From contig CAJWHW010000028.1 of NCBI GenBank assembly GCA_913040915.1, positions 1 to 24,046 on the forward strand: 24,046 nucleotides of DNA. Reading direction: 5' to 3'. The notes under the pieces were generated by a model. It saw only the letters and a program-made list of their open reading frames with translations, was not told where the DNA came from and did no database searches. A program made the translations under genes and the position numbers. Of the stretch, positions 1 through 7,917 are shown in pieces. Numbering within the stretch: the first letter of the stretch is position 1; every line of letters starts with the position of its first letter. This stretch comes from an uncultured Fidelibacterota bacterium. Lineage in GTDB: Bacteria > Fidelibacterota > Marinisomatia > Marinisomatales > UBA1611.

Positions 1-180
1 GCCATCTGCCCAGAAAATGCTGCTGTTTTATCCATTAATCAGTCACCAGTTCATTTAACGGAATATCATATTAATGAAAATGAGATTAAACTGCATGGTC
101 ATTCAGTCATGATGGGTTATTTGGATCATGTCATGAATAAAAAGCAGTTCCGTGACGGAGGATTTTTTTTAAATATTTAA
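1..180 (+). CDS. 3' end of a gene entering from the left; AMP-binding (ANL/acyl-CoA synthetase)-like fragment
   Basis: Frame 1 is open from base 1 to TAA at 178-180: AICPENAAVLSINQSPVHLTEYHINENEIKLHGHSVMMGYLDHVMNKKQFRDGGFFLNI*. EIKLHGHSVMMGY...F.DGGF resembles the ANL segment GEI.vrGp.VM.GY...F..DGWF. Only 59 residues are visible. Confidence 0.5.
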   Translation, partial: AICPENAAVLSINQSPVHLTEYHINENEIKLHGHSVMMGYLDHVMNKKQFRDGGFFLNI

Positions 181-193
181 ACACAGATAATAC

Positions 194-219
194 AAAAAAA
201 CTCTAAGCCAATTAGGAGT
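194..219 (-). terminator. possible weak intrinsic terminator downstream of bcp
   Basis: Minus strand ACTCCTAA-TTGGC-TTAGAGT-TTTTTT forms a 7-bp stem with one bulge followed by a U-run, about 87 nt past the bcp stop in a convergent intergenic gap. Confidence 0.3.
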
Positions 220-306
220 GATGGATTTATTGCATATTGTGTTTCTAATTCTATATTAGGCCAAGACTCTAGTTAAAACACTTTTTGATTTTGGTGCACT
301 CTTCGT

Positions 307-762
307 TTAAGAAATATCTGCTAAGACTTCTGCAGCATGTTCTTTTGGCTTAACCTTTTCATAAGCTTTTTTTACCATCCCATTTTCATCAATGAGGTAA
401 GAATACCGAAAAATGCCTTCATATTCTCTACCATACATTTTTTTTGTTCCCCAGGCTTTATAAGCTTTAATTGTGGACTTTTCAGGATCAGATAGAAGTT
501 GAAACGGAAACTCCTGTTTATTGCAAAAATTCTTTTGTGCTTTTACAGAATCAGCACTCATACCAATAATAGCTGTATTCTTCTTTTCAAAATTTTGAAA
601 CTCATCCCGGAGCTTCTGGCCTTCATTCGTTCATCCCGGTGTGCTGGCTTTGGGATAAAACCAGAGCAGTACTTTTTTCCCTTTAAAATCTGACAGGCTC
701 ACAGAATTTCCATCCTGATCTTCCAATGTGAAATCCGGTGCTTTCGTTCCTTCCTTTAACAT
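307..762 (-). CDS. bcp: BCP/PrxQ peroxiredoxin, probable selenoprotein (in-frame TGA at codon 44)
   Basis: From ATG at 762 (RBS AGGAG at 772-768, 5-nt spacer): [69 protein letters not shown]. This joins in frame to the listed 84-aa ORF ([15 protein letters not shown]...[13 protein letters not shown]), giving 151 aa. TGA (633-631) sits at the peroxidatic Cys of the BCP motif FYPKxxTPGCT. Confidence 0.93.
597..616 (-). promoter_or_regulatory. candidate bacterial SECIS hairpin
   Basis: Minus strand GAAGCTC-CGGGAT-GAGTTTC: 7-bp stem (one G-U pair) and a 6-nt loop with G at position 2. The loop begins 21 nt after the UGA. Confidence 0.7.
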
Positions 763-804
763 GTTTTCTCCTGATCCTTTTTTTATAGTGCAGAGAATAT
801 TTTT

Positions 805-1296
805 TTACTTCCCTGCGTTCTCAGTGTCATTTGAATTTAAAATTATTTCTGACCATCTCATGCGGTCATCATTGGCAAGGACCATACCATTTACTGCGGT
901 AATGCCTTTCTTTTGTCCGTTCCAAACTAATGTTTGAAGGGCAATTTCATAATCTGTCCATTGATATTCACAATGTTCATCAGAAAGAGTTACATCTTCC
1001 TGATCTACTTCTATGCCAAAAACGGGTACCAAATTAATACGGTCATCGTGTTTTTCATAAAATCGACTCACATGATCTGCAACAAAGATCCTTAATGGAT
1101 CGAAACCCGTTTCTTCTTTTAGCTCCCGAACAGCTGTCTGCCAGGCTTCTTCCCCGTCTTCGATCTTTCCTGCAACACCTTGCCAAAGATGTTCATATAG
1201 TTTTGTCCTGGCACGCTTCATTAACAGGAATTTTATTTTGCTTTCTTTTCTGTGGTATACGTAAGCATCTACCACCCTGACTTTTACATCCGGCAT
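805..1296 (-). CDS. Nudix hydrolase (NudB/Ap4A-hydrolase-like)
   Basis: Nudix box GKIEDGEEAWQTAVRELKEETG, plus WQGVAG before the box and LSDEHCEYQW after it. Start placed at Met17 of the listed ORF (1296), which overlaps the tgt stop as TAATG. Confidence 0.88.
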   Translation of the reverse strand: MPDVKVRVVDAYVYHRKESKIKFLLMKRARTKLYEHLWQGVAGKIEDGEEAWQTAVRELKEETGFDPLRIFVADHVSRFYEKHDDRINLVPVFGIEVDQEDVTLSDEHCEYQWTDYEIALQTLVWNGQKKGITAVNGMVLANDDRMRWSEIILNSNDTENAGK

Positions 1297-2429
1297 TACA
1301 TACCTTTTTGATCTTTCATAATATTCAGTGAATTTTTTGACCATTTATCAAAATCACCTAATTGAATTTTTTCTCTCATTTTTTTCATCAGATTTAGATA
1401 AAATGCCAAATTCAGTGTAGAAGCAATTCGTAGGCCAAGGACTTCATTAATATTGAATAAATGTCTTACATAGGATCTGGAAAAAACATTACCCCACTTA
1501 TGGGAACTTTCAGGATCTACAGGAGAATGATCGTCCTTGTATTTTTCATTTTTAATATTAATCACACCTTTAGTTGTGAAAATGTGTCCATTCCGACCAT
1601 TTCGTGTCGGCATTACACAATCGAACATATCTACACCGCGTTGTACGGCCTGAATAAGGTCTGAAGGCTTTCCAACGCCCATTAAATATCGAGGTTGATC
1701 TTTAGGCAAAATGGAATCACAAAATTCTAATGTGTCTAGCATGGCATTTTTTTCTTCTCCCACAGCCAAACCACCGATAGCCATTCCACAGGTAGAAAAT
1801 GGAATAAGCTCTTCAGCACTTATTTGTCTTAAATCATGACTCACTGCTCCCTGTATGATGGGGAAAAGCGTTTGCCTGTAATGATAGAGTCTAGAATTAT
1901 CTCCCAGCCAATCTGTACATCGTTTCATCCACCGCGTTGTTCTATTTACTGCATCTAGTACATTTTTTTCATCTGCATCACCAGGCGGACATTCATCAAA
2001 AGCCATGATAATATCTGCGCCCAGATTACGTTGAATTTCCATAGAAAATTCTGGGGTAAACATGTGGCGGCTGCCATCTATATGAGATTGGAATTCAACA
2101 CCATCATCGGTAATTTTATTTAACCGCGCCAGAGAAAAGACTTGAAAACCTCCGCTGTCTGTCAGAATTGGTTTATCCCAGGTATTGAATTTGTGTAACC
2201 CTCCCGCTTCATAAATGATTTTCATCCCGGGGCGCAAATACAAATGGTACGTATTTCCCAAAATAATTTGAGAGTCAACATCTATTAAATCATCTGGTGA
2301 CATTGTTTTTACCGCACCAACTGTACCTACAGGCATAAAAACCGGAGTCTCAATGGCACCATGATCTGTTTGCAAAAGACCAGTTCTGGCAGATGTATTT
2401 GGATCAGTTTGGTGTATATTAAAATTCAC
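1296..2429 (-). CDS. tgt: tRNA-guanine transglycosylase (queuine tRNA-ribosyltransferase)
   Basis: Motifs TPVFMPVGT, ILGNTYHLYLRPG, TDSGGFQVFSL, DIIMAFDECPP, GGLAVGE, PRYLMGVG and DMFDCVMPTRNGRNG. GTG start. Confidence 0.97.
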   Translation of the reverse strand: MNFNIHQTDPNTSARTGLLQTDHGAIETPVFMPVGTVGAVKTMSPDDLIDVDSQIILGNTYHLYLRPGMKIIYEAGGLHKFNTWDKPILTDSGGFQVFSLARLNKITDDGVEFQSHIDGSRHMFTPEFSMEIQRNLGADIIMAFDECPPGDADEKNVLDAVNRTTRWMKRCTDWLGDNSRLYHYRQTLFPIIQGAVSHDLRQISAEELIPFSTCGMAIGGLAVGEEKNAMLDTLEFCDSILPKDQPRYLMGVGKPSDLIQAVQRGVDMFDCVMPTRNGRNGHIFTTKGVINIKNEKYKDDHSPVDPESSHKWGNVFSRSYVRHLFNINEVLGLRIASTLNLAFYLNLMKKMREKIQLGDFDKWSKNSLNIMKDQKGM

Positions 2430-2470
2430 GAGTTAACTCAATCTCTTGTAAACCAGTTTAGAAGGAAATA

Positions 2471-3820
2471 TTAAAATAAAATTTGAAAAACATCTTTCAC
2501 GAATTTGACAGGTTGAATATCACATTTAATTTTTTTCAATTTTTTATTGAAGCTACCTGATGGAATAATGGCTGTTTTAAATCCTAATACAGCCGCTTCT
2601 GAAAGCCGGTGCTCTAATTTACTGATGGATCTGATTTCGCCTGCTAAACCCACTTCACCCAGCAATACTGTATTTTCTTCAATAGGTTTATCCATTGCGC
2701 TGGAAGCAATAGATGAAATGATAGACAAATCTGCCGCAGGGTCATCCACTCGCAGTCCGCCAACCAGATTCACAAAGACATCTTTCATTCCCATAGATAA
2801 ACCCATTCGCTTTTCTAATACAGCAATAAGCATCCCCAGTCTTTTATAGTCAAAACCATTCACATTTCGCTGCGGCGTGCCAAAATTTGAACTAGAGACT
2901 AAAGCCTGGACTTCAACCAAAATTGGTCGCGTCCCTTCCAGAGATGGATAAATACTAGTTCCAGGAATACTGACGCTTCTTTCTGCTAAAAACATTTCGG
3001 ATGGGTTCTCAATTTCTTTTAGGCCACCGGAGTCCATATGAAAAATGCCAACTTCATGCGTAGTTCCAAATCTGTTTTTCGCTGATCTCAATATACGATG
3101 ATCATACCGGTCGTCTCCTTCCATATACAAGACTGTATCTACCATATGCTCTAACATTTTTGGCCCGGCAATGGATCCGTCTTTCGTAACATGACCAACA
3201 ATCAGAATAGTTACATCCTTTTGTTTAGAAATCTCAAGCAATCGTTGTCCGCAATCTCTGATCTGGCTGGGTGAACCAGGCAAAGAATCGAGCTCTCCGT
3301 TCATGATGGTCTGAATTGAATCCACAATGACTAATTCTGGCTGAATTCTATCAATATGCGATATGATTCCATCCAATTGATTTTCACCCGATAAGAATAA
3401 TTGCTCCGAACTAACACCCAATCTTCTTGCTCGAAGAGCAACCTGTTCTTCACTTTCTTCTGCAGAAATATAGAGCGCTTTTTGGGTTGATCCTGAACAT
3501 ATATGCAATGCCAGAGTTGACTTCCCAACACCTGGATTTCCGCCCAGAAGTACCAGTGACCCTGGCAAAAGACCACCGCCCAAAACACGGTCTGCTTCAC
3601 CTAAACCTGTGTGAATTCGGTCTTTTTGTTCAATCCTTAATATATCAGATAAGTTTTTGGAATCTCGCAGTACGGCAGTACGGCCATTTTTCTTCGCCGA
3701 CACTTTAAATTCTGATAGAGTGCTCCATTCTTTACAGGATGGACATTGGCCGTACCACTTGGGAAAATCATCTCCGCATGCGGAACATAAAAATGCTGTT
3801 TTGGTTTTGAGTTTAGCCAT
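2471..3820 (-). CDS. radA: DNA repair protein RadA/Sms
   Basis: N-terminal C4 zinc finger (CSAC...CPSC), Walker A GNPGVGKST, VDSIQT, GHVTKDGSIAGPKMLEHMVD, KNRFG motif and a Lon-like C-terminal domain. Confidence 0.98.
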   Translation of the reverse strand: MAKLKTKTAFLCSACGDDFPKWYGQCPSCKEWSTLSEFKVSAKKNGRTAVLRDSKNLSDILRIEQKDRIHTGLGEADRVLGGGLLPGSLVLLGGNPGVGKSTLALHICSGSTQKALYISAEESEEQVALRARRLGVSSEQLFLSGENQLDGIISHIDRIQPELVIVDSIQTIMNGELDSLPGSPSQIRDCGQRLLEISKQKDVTILIVGHVTKDGSIAGPKMLEHMVDTVLYMEGDDRYDHRILRSAKNRFGTTHEVGIFHMDSGGLKEIENPSEMFLAERSVSIPGTSIYPSLEGTRPILVEVQALVSSSNFGTPQRNVNGFDYKRLGMLIAVLEKRMGLSMGMKDVFVNLVGGLRVDDPAADLSIISSIASSAMDKPIEENTVLLGEVGLAGEIRSISKLEHRLSEAAVLGFKTAIIPSGSFNKKLKKIKCDIQPVKFVKDVFQILF

Positions 3821-3867
3821 GACGGGGTAGGAAATTGCTCATCATAGCAAAAGAATTCAAGAGCGGT

Positions 3868-6800
3868 TTACCAATCAGGACCTAAGGAAAAATACCATTG
3901 TGGCTTAGAATAGCCATTTGGGTTTTTATCCCATGCTGTTTCAATTCTAAGTAGGAAGTAGCCCAAATTGATTTTGGTCCCCAAGCCAACGGTTGTTACC
4001 CATGGCGAAAAATCGGATAGCTGGCTAGTCCCGTATCTATCAGGCCAGTTTGTTGTTGAAAATTCATTAACATCATCCCACGCTGCTCCTATATCCATGA
4101 AGGCATGGCCTCTTATATTTCCCAGAATCATTTTAAGAGGAAATCCTAAAGCGAGATAATTAATAAACGGGAATCGAGCTTCAAAGTTAAAGAGGGCGGC
4201 GTTGGTTCCAAATCTTTCTGCAAACCTCGCACCTCGAAGAGGGAAGGCATATTCTGTGAAATAAATATCATGGATAAGGGAAGCATTAGAGGTGTCTAGG
4301 ATCACATCCCTAAATTGACTTTGATCTTCAACACCATTCGTTTCGCCTCCACCTCCAAGTAGGTAGGGAATTCCGCCTAAGAAAAATTTTTGTTTATTCG
4401 GCCCCAAACTTATACCCCCAAAACCTCTTACCGCCAAGGTATAATCCTTGCCTATTCGCCAATATTTCCGCGCATCTAATTTAGCTGTCTGAAACTTTAG
4501 TTTGTTTGAACCATAACCGGGACTTAGAGTTATGGATAGGTTATGCCTAAATCCATCAATAGGGCCAGTAAACCCAAAGACAGAATTATCATAAATCCAG
4601 CTAAATCTGGGAAGTACGGTAGAATAGGATGAAGATTGACTTATTTCATAACGGATCTGACCGAACCCATCTATACGCTGTTGCAATAAGGAGTAACTGA
4701 TATTATGCCAAGACAAACCATAGTCTAATCTTTGGAAACGACTTAGAGGCTGAGAAACAAGCCCTTGTAACCCCCAGTGTCTTAACCTGCCCAATGAATA
4801 ATAATCAATGTTAAAAAAGTCCGCATTCTGGAATGCAACAAAATAATAATCAATGTTATTTTTCAGATAACCATATGAGAAAAAATAGTCACTGTTTTCC
4901 AATGTCAGAACCATTTCTGTCCCAAATGCAATTTGATGGTCTCCTAAAATATCGCTGAATGCAAAATAAGTCATTCCACTGGTGCCAAATACATTACTTA
5001 TCTGGAGATTTCCACTAATAATATCCAATGTAAATCGGGTCTTATAAGATTTTGGAATGTAGTTTCCGTCAATTTTTGTTGAATCAACGGAAACTAATTC
5101 AGCATCGTCTCGTTCTTCCATTGATGAATTAAAATGATCATATCCTCTGGCGAATATCCAGTTGGAATAGCCTTCTGAAAACCCTTTTCCTCGCTGGCTG
5201 GATTTATGGCGACGCAGATCAGCTATTTTTTCATTGTTTTCTTCTTCACTAACTATAAATTGAGTTGGATTGACATTTTTTTCTTTTAACCTGAGTGGGT
5301 TTGCAATGCTGTATAGATCCCATCCAATCCCTCCATAACCTGCAAAAATAAGTAAATCATCATTGCCAGATAAAGTAGGCTGCTGCAGACCTGTCAACAC
5401 ATTGGTCACTGGATAAGCTTCCGCATTGCCATTCATTTCTCCTGTCTCAGAATTATAGTTATCTTTTAAAGGATGGATAAACAGATTCCATACACCATTG
5501 TAATCTGCAGTATAAAAAATCGCATCTTTAGTATTGGCCCATACTGGATGTGATTCATTATAATCGGTGGCAGTTATACGTTCGATTTTTTTACTTGCTA
5601 CATCTACAGTATAGATATCAGTCTGCCTATAGTTATGATCCACCATTAGCCCACCATACTCACCGGAAACATAGTCGCCGCGATCAGAAACAAAAATGAC
5701 TTTTGTGCCTGTCGGATCCCATGTCGGGTAAGCATCGGAAAAAATATCATCAGTTATTTTTCTGGTAGCCTTTTCATCCATATCATAGATATATATATCA
5801 CTGGAAATTCCCATTTGCCCTACAAAAGCAATTTCATTCCCACGAGGACTCCATGCAGCGGAAAAAACACCTTCCATTTCCATTTCAATTTTTTGGCTTT
5901 TTCGTGATTTTACATCCACAATATGGAGTACATCACCCTTACCTGCCTTGGCTGCCAAAACAATCTTTTTGCTATCTGGAGACCACGAAAGCCCCGGCTG
6001 CAACCATTTCAATTCTTCGAAATCAACAGACCGGTTTCCTTTTACCAGTTTTTTAATTTGCTTGCCAGTCATGGCATCAAGAATGTGGATATCAAAATAA
6101 CCGGATTGATCCGATAATACTGCGACCATACTACCGTCCGGTGAAAGCGCAGGGCTTACATTATAAAAATTGCGTGCTTTTTTATGATCTGTAAGTTTTT
6201 CTGACATATCTTCCAATGCATCACGATCCTTTACATCTGCCCAATATTCTTTCTTCAAATATTTGTGCCATTGGGTGGTAAGTTCATTAAAATTCATGCC
6301 CAACGCCCGTTCATAACCGCGTTCCGCATTCTGGGTAAATTTCATTGAACGAAAGACATCCCCAATTTTTTCTCTGCCGTATTTCCCTGCAATGAAACGC
6401 CATAAAGACTGACCACCCTTGTAAGCCATAAAATAGTTCAACTCTTTTACAGATGGCATTCTTTCATGGATTGCAATATCCCTTAGTACCATGTCTGCCT
6501 TGGTATCCCAATTTAAACTCAGATATTCAGCCAAACCTTCATTAGACCAGAGCGGTACCCTTATTTTTGTGCGGCTGGAGATTATGTGCTGCATACTGCC
6601 GCCATAAACCATATCATTAATTACAGCATGCACCAGCTCATGGTGAATCACATGTCGGAATTGCTCATAATTTCCTTCAAAGGGAAAAACAACTCGATTT
6701 TTGAAAAGCTCAGTGACACCACCTACTCCTTCCCGCATGTAGGGTCCAACCACATTTGTTTGCTGAAATTCATTATGTGAATTATAAACCATAATTGACA

Positions 6801-7032
6801 CTCGGCGCTTTAGATCCCAGCGAAGATGCAATGAAATTTGTTCATAAGCTTCTTCTGCAACTTCAGCTGTGAATTCAGCTAATCCCTGTTTACCACCGTA
6901 ATAATATATATCAAAATGAGGTGTTTGAATGAAACTCCATTCGAAATTCCTATACTGAACTTTATTTTGACCGAACGATTGGGCTTGGACGATCGTTAAC
7001 AGGAAAACAATAAATGTTAAAATATATCTCAT
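3868..7032 (-). CDS. Omp85/BamA-family outer-membrane protein with N-terminal zincin peptidase-like domain and PD40/TolB-like beta-propeller
   Basis: Signal peptide (cleavage near VQA-Q); HELVH (aa 131-135) plus NEGLAEY; PD40 repeats (PALSPDG, LSWSPDS, AAWSPRG, PTWDPTG, PVWANT); barrel hallmarks FPLRG (VRGF-like), AFMDIG (FxDxG) and C-terminal WYFSLGPDW. Confidence 0.85.
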   Translation of the reverse strand: MRYILTFIVFLLTIVQAQSFGQNKVQYRNFEWSFIQTPHFDIYYYGGKQGLAEFTAEVAEEAYEQISLHLRWDLKRRVSIMVYNSHNEFQQTNVVGPYMREGVGGVTELFKNRVVFPFEGNYEQFRHVIHHELVHAVINDMVYGGSMQHIISSRTKIRVPLWSNEGLAEYLSLNWDTKADMVLRDIAIHERMPSVKELNYFMAYKGGQSLWRFIAGKYGREKIGDVFRSMKFTQNAERGYERALGMNFNELTTQWHKYLKKEYWADVKDRDALEDMSEKLTDHKKARNFYNVSPALSPDGSMVAVLSDQSGYFDIHILDAMTGKQIKKLVKGNRSVDFEELKWLQPGLSWSPDSKKIVLAAKAGKGDVLHIVDVKSRKSQKIEMEMEGVFSAAWSPRGNEIAFVGQMGISSDIYIYDMDEKATRKITDDIFSDAYPTWDPTGTKVIFVSDRGDYVSGEYGGLMVDHNYRQTDIYTVDVASKKIERITATDYNESHPVWANTKDAIFYTADYNGVWNLFIHPLKDNYNSETGEMNGNAEAYPVTNVLTGLQQPTLSGNDDLLIFAGYGGIGWDLYSIANPLRLKEKNVNPTQFIVSEEENNEKIADLRRHKSSQRGKGFSEGYSNWIFARGYDHFNSSMEERDDAELVSVDSTKIDGNYIPKSYKTRFTLDIISGNLQISNVFGTSGMTYFAFSDILGDHQIAFGTEMVLTLENSDYFFSYGYLKNNIDYYFVAFQNADFFNIDYYSLGRLRHWGLQGLVSQPLSRFQRLDYGLSWHNISYSLLQQRIDGFGQIRYEISQSSSYSTVLPRFSWIYDNSVFGFTGPIDGFRHNLSITLSPGYGSNKLKFQTAKLDARKYWRIGKDYTLAVRGFGGISLGPNKQKFFLGGIPYLLGGGGETNGVEDQSQFRDVILDTSNASLIHDIYFTEYAFPLRGARFAERFGTNAALFNFEARFPFINYLALGFPLKMILGNIRGHAFMDIGAAWDDVNEFSTTNWPDRYGTSQLSDFSPWVTTVGLGTKINLGYFLLRIETAWDKNPNGYSKPQWYFSLGPDW

Positions 7033-7138
7033 GAGCTCTAAATCTACGTCTATTTCCGACGTTGGTTCCTCTATCTTAGGTATAAATATGTATAGAATTC
7101 AACACTTCTAGTGATAGATTTATTCATTACCTCGAGTC

Positions 7139-7167
7139 TTGATCTATGAAAATTGGCAAGTTAAGTT
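7139..7167 (+). promoter_or_regulatory. putative sigma70-type promoter very close to the lpxH-like start
   Basis: TTGATC (7139-7144), 17 nt, TAAGTT (7162-7167), 9 nt, then ATG at 7177. No Shine-Dalgarno sequence. Confidence 0.4.
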
Positions 7168-7176
7168 TCGCCCGTC

Positions 7177-7917
7177 ATGAAGACACCCCTCTATTTTATT
7201 TCTGACATTCATTTAAAAATACGAACTTCCCCTGAAGAGATAACTCGTCGGGAAAATTTGTATCGACTGCTGGATCAAGTCCGGGAAACCGGTGGCACTT
7301 GTTTTTTTGTAGGTGATTTATTTGATTTTTATTTCGAATACCCTGACCTTGTGCCCAAATCATATACTGATTTTTACCAAAAAGCCATGGCTATGAAGGA
7401 AGATGGCATAGCATTACATTTTATTTTGGGAAACCATGATTACTGGGTGCAAGAATTCATCACTGAAGAGATTATGGATAAAGTTTATTTTGATGATGCA
7501 GTTATTACTGTAAATGATAAAAAGTTTTTTATTACTCATGGTGACGGTATTTTAAGCTGGGATCATGGATACCGGTTATTAAAAAAAATAATTCGGTCTA
7601 AATTTTTTATTTGGGCTTTCCGATGGCTACACCCCACTATTGCTTATAAATTCGCAAATCTAATATCCAGAAGTGGAAGACATGATATGCATTCGGAAAA
7701 ATTCAATGAAAATGTGCGTATTGAAATCCAAAAGATGGCTAAAATGAAGTTTGATAATGGCTTTGACTTCATGATCTGTGGGCATTATCATTTAGGTGAA
7801 ATGTTTAGCGTGAATGAAAGAAAACTGGCCGTTTTAGGAGATTGGTTTTATCGTCCGTCCTATGCGGTATATGATGGGAAGGATCTAAGTCTCCATCAAT
7901 GGGAGAACAATGATTAA
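7177..7917 (+). CDS. lpxH: UDP-2,3-diacylglucosamine diphosphatase-like metallophosphoesterase (LpxH family)
   Basis: Calcineurin-like motifs SDIH, GDLFD, GNHD, THGD, GHYH and C-terminal LGDW; 246 aa is typical of the LpxH family. Confidence 0.8.
   Translation: MKTPLYFISDIHLKIRTSPEEITRRENLYRLLDQVRETGGTCFFVGDLFDFYFEYPDLVPKSYTDFYQKAMAMKEDGIALHFILGNHDYWVQEFITEEIMDKVYFDDAVITVNDKKFFITHGDGILSWDHGYRLLKKIIRSKFFIWAFRWLHPTIAYKFANLISRSGRHDMHSEKFNENVRIEIQKMAKMKFDNGFDFMICGHYHLGEMFSVNERKLAVLGDWFYRPSYAVYDGKDLSLHQWENND

Noticed and set aside
161..206. Frameshift at the T8 run extending the ANL-like ORF
   Set aside because: The alternative frames stop at once or give FFKYLNTDNTKKL*, with no TGD motif.
631..633. 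TGA as Trp/Gly reassignment (code 4/25) or a simple nonsense mutation
   Set aside because: TGA ends other genes here, Trp is encoded by TGG, and this single TGA falls exactly on the catalytic Cys with a hairpin behind it.
1297..1344. Listed upstream start of the Nudix ORF (1344)
   Set aside because: It would overlap tgt by 49 nt; the ATG at 1296 gives a typical TAATG coupling.
7045..7069. ECF-sigma-like promoter GGAACC-N15-CGTA upstream of the Omp85 gene
   Set aside because: Short motifs, spacing slightly short, and only one instance; cannot be supported without a regulon-wide search.
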